Numbered from the stretch's first letter, positions 9,217 through 19,162 are shown. The stretch is 38,219 nucleotides of DNA from Candidatus Undinarchaeota archaeon (GCA_964549355.1 CAZJUS010000004.1:1-38219), one strand, 5' to 3'. Translations and numbers: made by a program. The notes: generated by a model from the letters alone, not told the origin.

Positions 9217-10152
9217 ATGGTAAAGTTCAAGCTCCACTTCCACGCGGACTGCGACGGAATCACATCGGCCTATTTTGTCTCGCGTGAGCTGGACCGGCTG
9301 AACTTCCAGTACGACCTGTACCCGAGCCTCGGAGCTTCAGTGGAGCTGAAAGGCGACGGCAACATATGCCTCGACATCTCTGATGTGAAGACGCAGAGCC
9401 CGAAGAATTTTTCCCTCGACCACCACATGACTGACATCTACCCCCTGATCCATGCCAATTTCCGCAGGGTGGGTTTTGAGTGGCCTGTCAGCTTTGACAG
9501 CTACCTGCTTTTCGGGAGCCCCGAGACCTCCTGGATTGCAGCCATCGGCGTTGCCGCCGACTGGTGCGCCGACAAAGTCCCGCCCCGGTTCTGGGATACA
9601 GTCCGCGAGCAGTGGCCACAGCTGGAAATCCCAAACAGGATTGAACAGCTGCCCCTCATCAGGGGCCCCATAGGCAGGATGGCCAATATGATTGATGCCA
9701 GCGTTGCAGTGAACAAGCAGAGCGGTGCAGTCTATGCCCTGCGGGCGCTCCGCGAGTCCGAAACTCCCGACGACTTCCTCCGCGGGAAGGGCAAGGCGGA
9801 GAAGCTGGTGGCCCTGCGCGAGAAAATACTGAAGGAAGTGAGGCAGGTGCTTGAGAAGGAGGAGGTGCACAGCAGGTATGTGCTCATCCGCTTCAATTCG
9901 CCTTACAATATAAAGAGCCTGGTTGCGGGGCATTCGAAGGAAAGGCATCCGGGGAAGATTATAGTAATCGCCCAGAATGAGCGGGACAAAGTCCGCATCA
10001 GCCTGAGGGGGGGCGACCACCTCAACACCCTGATCCAGGAGCTGACTGAAGGCATCGGCGATGGAGGCGGGCACCCGCAGGCCAGCGGGGGGTGGATCCA
10101 CCACTGGCACTGGGACAAATTCAAGGCACGGCTTGAAGAAAGGATCTGCTAA
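9217..10152 (+). CDS. DHH/DHHA1 family phosphoesterase (NrnA/RecJ-like nanoRNase or pAp phosphatase)
   Basis: Motifs HADCDG, LDHH and GGGH (DHHA1). Start chosen at the internal MVKFKLHFHADCDG. The upstream part of the track ORF overlaps the antisense gene. Confidence 0.75.
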   Translation: MVKFKLHFHADCDGITSAYFVSRELDRLNFQYDLYPSLGASVELKGDGNICLDISDVKTQSPKNFSLDHHMTDIYPLIHANFRRVGFEWPVSFDSYLLFGSPETSWIAAIGVAADWCADKVPPRFWDTVREQWPQLEIPNRIEQLPLIRGPIGRMANMIDASVAVNKQSGAVYALRALRESETPDDFLRGKGKAEKLVALREKILKEVRQVLEKEEVHSRYVLIRFNSPYNIKSLVAGHSKERHPGKIIVIAQNERDKVRISLRGGDHLNTLIQELTEGIGDGGGHPQASGGWIHHWHWDKFKARLEERIC

Positions 10153-12750
10153 TTAGCTACTGCTGATTTTTTTCATGATTTCCTCAGCCTTCTCGGGCTT
10201 CCTGCCACCGCCACGGGCAAGGACTTTGGTCCCTCCGGCGCTCCCGCCCAGTTTCTTTGAGACCCGCTTGGCCAGCTCAACGGCGCTGATTTTTCCTTTC
10301 GATACTACCGAGACCCCGCCCTCGCGGTTTATCAGCACCACAGCTTCCGCCCCGGATTTGGGCAGTGCAGCCTTTGCAGTGTTTTCCATCTGCTTGAAAG
10401 GCATGTCCACCACCGCCCACTTGACCGCCCCGACTTTGCCGTGGAGCCTTACATCAGCAGACCTGCCCGCTTTGGTGAGCTTCTTGACTCTTGCAGTCAG
10501 CTTCCGGATGGCCTTCGGCAGGTCATGGCTGTCAGTCTTGGCCTCCTCTGAAGCTTCCTTGAGCAGGTCTTCAAGCTTCCAGATGTGTTCGAGCACCCTC
10601 ATGCCTGCAATGAGCTCCAGCCGGACCACCCCGTCCTGTATCCTTGTGGCCTTCAGTATCTTGATGAGCCCCACTTCCCCGGAATACTCCACATGGGTTC
10701 CCCCGCACGCTTCCGCGTCGTGGCCGGGCATCTGGATTATGCGCAGTTTGGCCCCCGGGACTGCACCGCCCTGGTAAATCCTGAAGCCGAATTTCTGCTC
10801 CGCTTCGGTCCGGGGCAGCTCCATCTTTCTGATTTTGATGTTTTCCAGGACTATCTTGTTGGCAATCCTTTCGATTTCCTTGATTTCTTCTTTGGTCACA
10901 GGCTTGTAGTGTGTTATGTCCAGGGTCGCCTTTTCGGTGGTCTTGCTTGCGCCCGCCTGCCACACGTGGGTGCCCAGCACTTTCACAGCAGCCCCGTTCA
11001 CTATATGGACTGCAGTATGGTGGCGGGTCAATGCCATCCTCCTCTCCACATCCACCTTTCCTTTGATTCTGGCTCCTTTGGCCGGGGCCTCCTTGTCGAG
11101 GGTTATTATGTGCGTGTTGCCGTCCTTCTCGACACACACCACCCGGGCGGAGCCGGTTTTCCACGCGATGGTTCCTGTATCGTGGTCCTGGCCTCCCGAG
11201 GCAGGGTAGAAGGCGCTCTGGTCAAGCACAAGCTGTCTGTCCTTGCTCCAGACCACCATTGCTTCGAATTCCTCCTTCGGGTCCAGCTTGTAGTAAAGCG
11301 GGAAGGTGGTTGGAAGCCCTTTGTTGGCTTTGACGGCTTCCTTGAGTTTGGCTTTCCTTTTCAGCTTGAGATAGAAATTTTCAGGCACTTTCAAATCAAC
11401 GCCCTCGGCCTTTGCAATTTCAGCCACTGTCCCGGGGTCCATGCCGTGCGATTCATAGAGCTCCACGAGCTTGGACTTCAGCGTGCCTTTCTTGATGAAG
11501 TCATTCACAAGCCGGCGGCCCCGCGTCTTGGTTTCTTCATATCTCTTTTCTTCAATCCGGACTATATCGTCCACATCCGGAAGCTCCCTCAGATTCTTGA
11601 ACCTCCTGCCAAGATACTTGGCGTGCTCCTTTATGAGGCCCGACATGTCCAGGCCGAACTTGAATTTTCTGTTGATGGTGAATGAGCGCCTCAGCAGATT
11701 CCTCAGGTTGTATCCTCCGCCCACGTTGCTGGGGATTGCCCCGTCGGCCAGCGCAAAGGCCAGGGCCCGCGTATGGTCCAGGATTGTGTACAGGCCCTGC
11801 AGTGGCCTTATTTTTTCAAACTGCTCGAGCATGTGCTTGGGCATCCTGGCTCCTTCGGAGACATCGTAAAGCCCCAGCTCACTCCAAAACTTGGCCTGCC
11901 CCTCCCAGTCCACTTCAATCCCAAGGTCCTCCCTGTGCTTTGCGGTATTGGGGAAGACAGCCTCATAGGCGTTGGGCTTGCCCGTTGCATACCACGGCAG
12001 TTTTTCGAGCCCCCATCCTGTGTCCACCACCCTCATTTTCATGGGCCTGAAGTTGCCGTCAGGCGTATCCTCAAACTGCATGAAGACATGGTTCACAATT
12101 TCGACTCCGCCGGCGAAGGCTTCAACAGACGGGCCGAAATTCCCCCCGCCGGACCAGACGTCCTCCCTGTAGGTGATGGCTTCTATTGGGATTTTCAGCT
12201 CCTCCATCAAAAACCTGATGCCGAAATGGACTGTTTCATTCTGCCAGTACTCCGGCATATTGAAGGCGTGCTGGCCCCCCATGAAGAACTGCGAGAAGTG
12301 CCTGCCCGTCCTGCCCACGTTGTCCAGGTCCACGAACCTCAGGCAGGGCTGGCTGACCGCAAGCGGGTTGGCCGGCGGCTCCGCGACCCCCTTCAGCACC
12401 CAGGGCTGGAAGTCCGCGATGCTTGCAATCACAAAGAAGAGGTCGGGCCTCCACTTGGCGACTATGGGGTAAGGCTCTATGACCTTGTGGCGGTTCTTCT
12501 CGAAGAAGTTCTCCCATTTCTCGATGGCCTGCAGCATGTCCCACCCCAGACTGTCCTTGCCTATGTGGGAGTACCCTCCTTCGCAGGTGGTGTCCCCGCA
12601 GGTCTCCTTGTCCGTGCTCCAGAACCAGGTCCCGCATTTGGGGCACTTGCGCCTTTCGAAGCCCATCTCCTTGAGGGCGTGGAAATTGTAGTACTTGTTC
12701 GGCTGTGCAGAAAACATGCGCCGGAGCTCGGACTTGTCCATATTCAGCAA
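10153..12750 (-). CDS. alaS: alanyl-tRNA synthetase
   Basis: 865 aa. Class II core, HxxxH/CxxxH editing domain motifs (HTAVHIVNGA, CGGTH) and a C-terminal DHHA1-like domain. Confidence 0.9.
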   Translation of the reverse strand: MLNMDKSELRRMFSAQPNKYYNFHALKEMGFERRKCPKCGTWFWSTDKETCGDTTCEGGYSHIGKDSLGWDMLQAIEKWENFFEKNRHKVIEPYPIVAKWRPDLFFVIASIADFQPWVLKGVAEPPANPLAVSQPCLRFVDLDNVGRTGRHFSQFFMGGQHAFNMPEYWQNETVHFGIRFLMEELKIPIEAITYREDVWSGGGNFGPSVEAFAGGVEIVNHVFMQFEDTPDGNFRPMKMRVVDTGWGLEKLPWYATGKPNAYEAVFPNTAKHREDLGIEVDWEGQAKFWSELGLYDVSEGARMPKHMLEQFEKIRPLQGLYTILDHTRALAFALADGAIPSNVGGGYNLRNLLRRSFTINRKFKFGLDMSGLIKEHAKYLGRRFKNLRELPDVDDIVRIEEKRYEETKTRGRRLVNDFIKKGTLKSKLVELYESHGMDPGTVAEIAKAEGVDLKVPENFYLKLKRKAKLKEAVKANKGLPTTFPLYYKLDPKEEFEAMVVWSKDRQLVLDQSAFYPASGGQDHDTGTIAWKTGSARVVCVEKDGNTHIITLDKEAPAKGARIKGKVDVERRMALTRHHTAVHIVNGAAVKVLGTHVWQAGASKTTEKATLDITHYKPVTKEEIKEIERIANKIVLENIKIRKMELPRTEAEQKFGFRIYQGGAVPGAKLRIIQMPGHDAEACGGTHVEYSGEVGLIKILKATRIQDGVVRLELIAGMRVLEHIWKLEDLLKEASEEAKTDSHDLPKAIRKLTARVKKLTKAGRSADVRLHGKVGAVKWAVVDMPFKQMENTAKAALPKSGAEAVVLINREGGVSVVSKGKISAVELAKRVSKKLGGSAGGTKVLARGGGRKPEKAEEIMKKISSS

Positions 12751-12787
12751 CCCACCGTAAGTTTAAAAAAACAAATAAAAATGATGC

Positions 12788-13075
12788 TTACTTTTCCTTG
12801 GCTTCAGTTTCCTGCTCAAGATTCTTCGGCGCCGGCACTTCAAGCCTGGAGTTGGTTATGAGGATGTCCCCCACAGCCTTGACAGCTTTGTGCGGAACAA
12901 TCACAGCCTTCACAGTGGGCACTGTTTTTTTCAATGCGCTTTCGGGCGGGATGCTGACAACCCATCCGTGGACTGAGTATTTGCCTATGATTACGTCCTG
13001 GACCCTGCCGAAAAGGTCGCCTTGATCAGTGTATACTGACTTGCCGTAAGTTTGAGTTATGCTCTTTTCTTCCAT
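12788..13075 (-). CDS. PRC-barrel domain protein
   Basis: 95 aa small protein with a PRC-barrel-like pattern (GKSVYTDQGDLFGRVQDVIIG...), common in archaea. Confidence 0.55.
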   Translation of the reverse strand: MEEKSITQTYGKSVYTDQGDLFGRVQDVIIGKYSVHGWVVSIPPESALKKTVPTVKAVIVPHKAVKAVGDILITNSRLEVPAPKNLEQETEAKEK

Positions 13076-13094
13076 GCAACCACCACATGCAGGC

Positions 13095-13655
13095 CTATTT
13101 AACTGTTTTTCTTAGCAAAAGGCAGACATAGGTCTGTTTTTCATACGCCTTCCGGGCGCCCCGCTTCACCGCCCTGAACCCCCTCTCCCCGAAGGCCCGC
13201 ACCACCCGCTCCTCATTCTCGGGCTCCACAGTCAGGAACACCATCCCGCCGTCCGCCAGGACTTCGGCCACTCCCTCCGCCACCCGCCCGGCGTCCATGT
13301 AGTCCATGCTTGCGAAAAAACTCACAAAATCGACGGGGCCGACGGAGCCGGACCGCCCAAGCCGGCCGATGTCCTCCCCCTTCATCCGCAGGACTTTGAA
13401 GCCTTTGGCCTCCGCCCGCCTGGCCATCTTCTCCACCGGCTCAACGCCGACCACTTCCCTGCAGAATTTTGCAACTGCCTCCAGGCTCTTGCCCGTCCCG
13501 CACCCGACGTCGAGCCCCCTCTTCCGTTTTCCAATCAAATGCCTGAAGGGCTTCAGCAGTTTCTCCGGGCTGTAGCCGTAGGCTTCGACCTCCCGGTCGT
13601 ACTTTGAGGCCCATCTGCGGAAGTAGTCGAGCCAGGACATTGAACTCCAACACAA
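13095..13655 (-). CDS. class I SAM-dependent methyltransferase
   Basis: Motif I LDVGCGTGKS followed by an acidic motif II. Confidence 0.7.
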   Translation of the reverse strand: MCWSSMSWLDYFRRWASKYDREVEAYGYSPEKLLKPFRHLIGKRKRGLDVGCGTGKSLEAVAKFCREVVGVEPVEKMARRAEAKGFKVLRMKGEDIGRLGRSGSVGPVDFVSFFASMDYMDAGRVAEGVAEVLADGGMVFLTVEPENEERVVRAFGERGFRAVKRGARKAYEKQTYVCLLLRKTVK

Positions 13656-13666
13656 ACAAGCTTAAA

Positions 13667-14965
13667 TTAAATTCCCAACCGCAGTATGCTTTCCTTCACT
13701 GCCGGCAGATCATCCCAGGTTTTGGCTTCGAGCATTGCCGGCACAATTTTTTTGGCGGCTTCAAGATGGCCCAGGCCATACTCCCCAGTCAGCTGTTCGT
13801 GGAGTCCGCGGATAAAATTGAGCGTGCTTTTGTAGCTGCTCCTGTATTTTTCAGGGTAGCTCTCGAGGCTGTAGGATATGCCCGCAAATTTAGAATTGTC
13901 CCAGCCACGCCCTGCAACTTCAGCAGCATAGTGCGCGACAGCTTCAGTGGTCCCGGCATAGAACCCCCATTTTTCGCCGTCCTTTTCATCTTCTTCAACC
14001 TTCAGGATTGTGGACAGCAACCTGGAAGGGTCCGTTGCGCGCTTTGCTTCCTTCAGCGGTCCAACCCCCCGGCCGTATTCCTTTATGCGCTCCTTGACAA
14101 ACCTGTTCAGCATCTCCGCGGGCGGTTTTTCAATCCCTTGAGGATGGAAAGGATGGTAAGTCCTGCGTCCGCGGTTGTCATAGAAATCTTTTCCGCCGGA
14201 CGCGAACACCTGGTTCATCACATCAACAATAAAGTAGGTGTAGTGCCCTCTGGGAATTTCCAGCCGGTCCATCAAACTTAAAGTGTAATCCGCAACATCG
14301 TCATAAAATGCTTGGCGCTTCAGCCTCCAGTCCATTATGAGGTCATAAAATTCGGCGAGCTTGTTTTTGAGTTCATCCGCCCGCCCCTTCTTCAGATATT
14401 CCCTCACGGCTTTATTGAAAACATGGTGGACTTTTTCAGCGACATCTGCGATATTCCTTTTCAAAAGTCTGAGCATTGCAGGGTCGCAGGCCTCCGCCAT
14501 TTCCTCTGCAAGTTGCAGGTCGGCTTCAATAATCCCATAGTGCTTTGAAAGCGTGTCTGAAATTTCCCCAAAGCTTTCAACATACGCCTTTGCATCCGCC
14601 AATTCTTCTTCAAACAGCTTGGAGTACTGCAGGGCATGGACAATTTCGTGGATGAGGGTGTTCTGCATCTGGGCGAGAGTGCCTTCTTTGGTCCTGCCTT
14701 TTTTTTCGGCTTTGTCTACAAAAACTTCAATATACGGGCCCTGGTTGTAGAACACGCCGAATGCAGTTTTTACAATGCCGAAGGTCCCGATATTGCCCTC
14801 CCAAGTCCCCGGCCGTGCATTGATTACAGCAGCTTTTTCAATGCCTTTTGGGAGGTCGACCCCCAGCTTTTTCAGGGCCTTGAAGCTTCGGGAGACAGTC
14901 TTTTTGATGTCCTTCTTATCCAGACCGTATTGGGACACATCGCCCACACAGTAGACGCCCTGCAT
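13667..14965 (-). CDS. hypothetical protein with HExxH zincin-like motif (putative metallopeptidase)
   Basis: 432 aa containing TLIHEIVHALQY. No signal peptide and no family recognised from sequence alone. Confidence 0.45.
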   Translation of the reverse strand: MQGVYCVGDVSQYGLDKKDIKKTVSRSFKALKKLGVDLPKGIEKAAVINARPGTWEGNIGTFGIVKTAFGVFYNQGPYIEVFVDKAEKKGRTKEGTLAQMQNTLIHEIVHALQYSKLFEEELADAKAYVESFGEISDTLSKHYGIIEADLQLAEEMAEACDPAMLRLLKRNIADVAEKVHHVFNKAVREYLKKGRADELKNKLAEFYDLIMDWRLKRQAFYDDVADYTLSLMDRLEIPRGHYTYFIVDVMNQVFASGGKDFYDNRGRRTYHPFHPQGIEKPPAEMLNRFVKERIKEYGRGVGPLKEAKRATDPSRLLSTILKVEEDEKDGEKWGFYAGTTEAVAHYAAEVAGRGWDNSKFAGISYSLESYPEKYRSSYKSTLNFIRGLHEQLTGEYGLGHLEAAKKIVPAMLEAKTWDDLPAVKESILRLGI

Positions 14966-15019
14966 GAATCACTACCTAAAAGTTGTGTATTATATATTTT
15001 GCTTTCCCGCGCCACTCCG

Positions 15020-15379
15020 CTACATGAGGTCTTCATATCCCTCAAGGCGTTCAAGGATGCCCCGGTCCCCTGTCAATTCTGCAAGGTATCCCGCAACAGC
15101 CTTCGCCACGGAATACTCCGCGCGGGTGGGTGTCCCCTCCTTGAATTCGTCTTCAATCATGCCTATCAGTTTGTAGCAGTTGTCGATATACCATTCTTTT
15201 TTCTTCTCTTCGCTTATCCGCCGGTCCAGCTCCTGCATGTTATGGATGTCCATCAGCTGGCCTTCCGGCGTCCGGTTCAGATACAATTCAGCTTCGAAGT
15301 AGCGCCCATGTTCGTACGACTGCCGGGCAGCGCTGATCAGCCCCTCGATTGTCCTGATTGCAGGCCTTATGCTTGACAT
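15020..15379 (-). CDS. hypothetical protein
   Basis: 119 aa ORF with no recognisable motifs. Divergent from psmA. Confidence 0.35.
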   Translation of the reverse strand: MSSIRPAIRTIEGLISAARQSYEHGRYFEAELYLNRTPEGQLMDIHNMQELDRRISEEKKKEWYIDNCYKLIGMIEDEFKEGTPTRAEYSVAKAVAGYLAELTGDRGILERLEGYEDLM

Positions 15380-15440
15380 GGCATTAAAGTGCGGATAGAT
15401 TTAAAAACCATCCCGCCAAACCAACTCCAGGTGAAATAGA

Positions 15441-16160
15441 ATGCAAGTTATTGCTCCGGAAGGTATGGGATATGACCGCGTGGTCACTGTTTTCAGCCCC
15501 GACGGCCGGCTTTTCCAAGTGCAGTATGCCATGGAGGCGGTCAGGAGGGGGGCCACAGTAGTTGGCATCAAATCAAAAAAAGGGGTGGTCATGGTTGCGG
15601 ACAAGAAGGTCCTGCACCACCTCATAAATTCGCGGAGCATAGAGAAGGTATATGAAGTCGATAGGCACATCAGCGCAGCCACCATAGGTCTGGTGGCGGA
15701 CGGGCGCAAACTTGTGGACCAGGCCCGGCTTGAAGCTCAGAGGCATCGCATGCTTTACGATGAGCCCATTACAGTCAAGCAGATAGTCCACGAGATAAGC
15801 AACTATATGCAGATTTTTACACAGTACGGCGGTCTGCGTCCGTTCGGCGTTACGACTTTGATTGCCGGCTATGATGACGAGCCGAGATTGTTTGAGATAG
15901 ACCCAAGCGGGACGCCGACAGAATGGTCTGCGACTGCAGTGGGCGAAGGCCGGAATGAAGTCATGAAGCATCTCGAAGTAAAATATTCAGCGAGTCTGTC
16001 CATCGAAGAAGGGCTTAAGCTGGGGGTCGAAGCCCTGAAAGCCTTTTTGAAGAATAAATTTGAGCTGGACAGAATCGAAGCAGCCTATATCACCGAGGAC
16101 GGCTTCCGGAAAGTCGGCCGGAAAGAGATAGAGGCGATTTTGAATGGTAAGAGTGGATGA
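15441..16160 (+). CDS. psmA: proteasome subunit alpha
   Basis: N-terminal GYDRVVTVFSPDGRLFQVQYA signature of the archaeal proteasome alpha subunit. Confidence 0.9.
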   Translation: MQVIAPEGMGYDRVVTVFSPDGRLFQVQYAMEAVRRGATVVGIKSKKGVVMVADKKVLHHLINSRSIEKVYEVDRHISAATIGLVADGRKLVDQARLEAQRHRMLYDEPITVKQIVHEISNYMQIFTQYGGLRPFGVTTLIAGYDDEPRLFEIDPSGTPTEWSATAVGEGRNEVMKHLEVKYSASLSIEEGLKLGVEALKAFLKNKFELDRIEAAYITEDGFRKVGRKEIEAILNGKSG

Positions 16161-16839
16161 AGCTGTTGTTGTAAAAATGAAAAGGGCGGGCAAGGATTTT
16201 CAGGTTCTCGCGGACCCGGACCGGCTGGTCAAATTCCGGGCGGACCCGGACTCGGTCCCCCTGCATGAGCTTATGCCGGTGCAGGAAATCTTCAAGGACG
16301 CCCGGAAGGGGGACAAGGTTTCCGACACGGATTTGGAGGCTGCCTTTGAGACCTCCGACAAGGAGGAGGCCATCCGGAGAATCCTGAAGGACGGCGACTT
16401 CAGCCCGACTGCAGAGCAGAAGAGGGAGCTGGCGGAGAAAATCCGCAGGCAGGTGGTGGATTTGATAGCCCGCAACGCCGTTGACCCGCGGACCAATCTG
16501 CCCCACACCCCCGACCGCATTGAATCCGCCATGAAGGAGGCCAAAGTCCACACTGATATGCGCCCCGCAGAGGAGCAGTTCGAGGATGTGGTGAAGGCGC
16601 TTCTGCCTTTCATACCCCTCAAATTCGGCAAAGTGGAGCTTCAAATCCACATACCAACGGCTTATGCATCCAGGGCCTACGGCAGACTGCGGAGTGCCGG
16701 AAATGTTAAAAAGGAGCAGTGGCTGGCTGACGGTCTGCTTCTCAGACTGGAAGTCCCGTCGGGCATGAAGGTCTCGACGGTGGACCTGGTCAATCAGCTG
16801 ACGCATGGAGAAGCGGAAATCACAATCAAGAACGAATGA
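16144..16839 (+). CDS. sdo1: ribosome maturation protein Sdo1/SBDS
   Basis: Matches the SBDS family N-terminus (VVVKMKRAGKDFQVLADPD). Overlaps the psmA stop. Confidence 0.8.
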   Translation: MVRVDEAVVVKMKRAGKDFQVLADPDRLVKFRADPDSVPLHELMPVQEIFKDARKGDKVSDTDLEAAFETSDKEEAIRRILKDGDFSPTAEQKRELAEKIRRQVVDLIARNAVDPRTNLPHTPDRIESAMKEAKVHTDMRPAEEQFEDVVKALLPFIPLKFGKVELQIHIPTAYASRAYGRLRSAGNVKKEQWLADGLLLRLEVPSGMKVSTVDLVNQLTHGEAEITIKNE

Positions 16840-16862
16840 ATCACAATCAAGGAGGTATAAAT

Positions 16863-17627
16863 ATGCCAGAAAATGTAGAAAATAGACAATTGGTAGTCCC
16901 GGGGAAGGTCCTGGCGAAGGGCATGGAATTTCTGCCCGGCGACGGAGCCTACAGGGACAAAGATGAAATAAGGGCCAGCGTTTTGGGATTGGTCAATTTC
17001 AAGGGAAGGGCCATAAGGGTCATTCCGCTGAACGGGAAGTACTTCCCGAAGAGAGATGACCCCGTAATCGGGATCATCAAAGAGGTGGGATACAACAGCT
17101 GGAATTTGGACATAAACTGCCCCTACGAAGCAAGGATGCTTGTGGGGGACGCGTCCGACAGATACATAGACACCAACCGCCACAAGCTGGCCAGTGTCTT
17201 TAATGTCGGCGATGCGGTCATCTGCCAGATAAAAAAAGTGGATGAGAATATGGCTGTTTTTGTGACTGCGCGCGGTCCGGGCCTTCGGAAAGTCACTGAA
17301 GGGGAGCTGATCCGCGTGAAGGCTGCCAAGATACCCCGCATCATAGGCAAGAATGCCAGCATGGTGAAGATGATAAAGGAATATACCGAGTCCCGCATGT
17401 TTGTGGGGCAGAACGGCATAGTGTGGGTCCAGGGCGGCAACAGCGAATTGGTCAAGAAGGCCATCCGCAAGATCGAGGCTGAAGCCCACATGCCCGGCCT
17501 GACAGACCGGATGAAGGAGTTCCTGGCCAAGGAGACCGGCAAGACAATTGAGGACGCCGGTGGGGCAGAGGAGGCAGAGCCCCGGTTTGAGCCGGAACAG
17601 CAGAAGGACGAAGCAGAAGGTGAATAA
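16863..17627 (+). CDS. rrp4: exosome complex RNA-binding subunit Rrp4 (S1 + KH domains)
   Basis: S1 domain followed by a KH GxxG motif (IIGKNASMVKMI). Start chosen at the ATG preceded by aaggaggt (SD-like). The track ORF begins at 16836. Confidence 0.8.
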   Translation: MPENVENRQLVVPGKVLAKGMEFLPGDGAYRDKDEIRASVLGLVNFKGRAIRVIPLNGKYFPKRDDPVIGIIKEVGYNSWNLDINCPYEARMLVGDASDRYIDTNRHKLASVFNVGDAVICQIKKVDENMAVFVTARGPGLRKVTEGELIRVKAAKIPRIIGKNASMVKMIKEYTESRMFVGQNGIVWVQGGNSELVKKAIRKIEAEAHMPGLTDRMKEFLAKETGKTIEDAGGAEEAEPRFEPEQQKDEAEGE

Positions 17628-17628
17628 G

Positions 17629-18369
17629 ATGGGAGCAGAAAAACCTAAATTTTTGATAAAGAACGGCAAGAGGCTCGACGGCAGAAAGCCGGATGAAGTC
17701 CGCCCAATTGAGATTGAAATGGGGGTGGTCCCGAATGCTGAAGGGTCCGCCAAGGTCGTGTTCGGCAAGACTAAAGTGATTGCTGCAGTCTACGGCCCGA
17801 GGGAGCTTCATCCCCGGCACCAGATAATCAATGAGAGGGCCAGGGTCCGCGCCAGATACGACATGATGACTTTCAGCGTGGAGGACCGCAAGAGGCCCGG
17901 CCCCGGCAGAAGGGAGACTGAAATCAGCAAGGTGCTTTCAGAAGCCCTGACCCGGGTCGTCATGACTGAAAAATTTCCAGCGTGCGCCATTGACGTTTTT
18001 GTGACAGTGGTGCAGGCGGATGCCAGCACAAGGGTGACGGGCCTCAATGCAGCGTCCCTCGCCTTGGTGGATGCGGGCATCCCCATGAGGGATTTGGTCG
18101 TCAGCCTGAGCTTCGGCAAGGACTACGACGAGAAAGGCAAAGGGCATATGGTCGTTGACCTGGAGAAGGAAGAGGACAACTGGGGCATGGGCGATGTGGC
18201 CTATGCGGTTGCGCCTGCTTTGGGCGAGGTCCTCCTGCTCCAGATGGACGGCGACATGACGCCTGAAGAGTTCAGGGAGGGCAAAGCCATGGCCGACAAA
18301 GCTGTGCTCAAGATTTATGAGATGCAGAAGCAGGCCCTCAAGGCCAGATATCAGGAGGGATTGGAATGA
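17629..18369 (+). CDS. rrp41: exosome complex exonuclease Rrp41 (RNase PH-like)
   Basis: RNase PH fold signature (RLDGRKPDEVRPIEIEMGV...). The start follows the rrp4 stop directly. Confidence 0.85.
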   Translation: MGAEKPKFLIKNGKRLDGRKPDEVRPIEIEMGVVPNAEGSAKVVFGKTKVIAAVYGPRELHPRHQIINERARVRARYDMMTFSVEDRKRPGPGRRETEISKVLSEALTRVVMTEKFPACAIDVFVTVVQADASTRVTGLNAASLALVDAGIPMRDLVVSLSFGKDYDEKGKGHMVVDLEKEEDNWGMGDVAYAVAPALGEVLLLQMDGDMTPEEFREGKAMADKAVLKIYEMQKQALKARYQEGLE

Positions 18370-19154
18370 TAAGCGAAATACTGAGCAATCTGGAGATTGC
18401 ACAAATTCAGGAGGCTGTCGAGGCCAACCAGAGGCTCGACGGCAGGGGAAACGATGACTTCAGGCCCATCAAGATTGAAACAGGGCTTATTGTGAAGGCC
18501 GAAGGCTCGGCACTGGTCACCCTGGGCAGGACCCAGGTCCTGGCAGGGGTCAAGATCAGTGTGGGCGAGCCGTTCAGCGACAGGCCCGATGAAGGGGTGC
18601 TTATGGTCGGAGCTGAACTTTCAGCGATGGCCCACAACACTTTTGAAGCGGGCAGGCCGGGCGAGGACGCCATTGAGCTGGCCCGTGTTGTGGACCGAAG
18701 CATACGCGAGGCAGGCGTCATCGACGCAAAAAAGCTGTGCATCAAGAAGGGCGAGGCAGTCTGGATAGTCAATATTGATTTCTATCCGCTGAATGCCGAC
18801 GGCAACCTGTTTGATGCAGGCGCTCTGGCTGCAATGGCCGCTTTGAAGAACGCCAAGATGCCCGTCTACGATGAAAAGGAAGGGACTTTCACCCGGGAGG
18901 GCATGAAAGACCCGGTCCCGCTGGAATGCGAGGTTGCCTCTTCGACCTTTGTCAGGATAAATGACAAGATGGTGGTGGACCCCACTATGAATGAAGAGTA
19001 TGTCTCGACGGCCCGCCTCACAGTCGGCATCCGCGACGGCAACATAGTTGCTCTGCAGAAAGGCGGCAACGGCGGACTGACATCCGAGATGATAGACGAT
19101 GCCATAAGCCGTGCTGTCAAGCACAGCAAAAAACTCTTAAAGCACATTAAGTAG
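18366..19154 (+). CDS. rrp42: exosome complex subunit Rrp42 (inactive RNase PH-like)
   Basis: RNase PH-like (RLDGRGNDDFRPIKIETG). ATGA overlap with rrp41. Confidence 0.85.
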   Translation: MISEILSNLEIAQIQEAVEANQRLDGRGNDDFRPIKIETGLIVKAEGSALVTLGRTQVLAGVKISVGEPFSDRPDEGVLMVGAELSAMAHNTFEAGRPGEDAIELARVVDRSIREAGVIDAKKLCIKKGEAVWIVNIDFYPLNADGNLFDAGALAAMAALKNAKMPVYDEKEGTFTREGMKDPVPLECEVASSTFVRINDKMVVDPTMNEEYVSTARLTVGIRDGNIVALQKGGNGGLTSEMIDDAISRAVKHSKKLLKHIK

Positions 19155-19162
19155 GTGGATGG

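Noticed and set aside
9337-10110. 257-aa minus-strand ORF opposite the DHH phosphoesterase
   Set aside because: The DHH/DHHA1 motifs on the plus strand are unambiguous, and the antisense product has no features.
10585-12861. Very long antisense ORFs (366 aa and 362 aa on the plus strand, plus several of 100-200 aa) opposite alaS
   Set aside because: They lie entirely inside the well-supported minus-strand AlaRS gene and have no recognisable motifs. The GC-rich codon composition keeps the antisense frames open by chance.
16090-16806. 238-aa minus-strand ORF opposite sdo1
   Set aside because: Antisense to the conserved Sdo1 gene, with no motifs.
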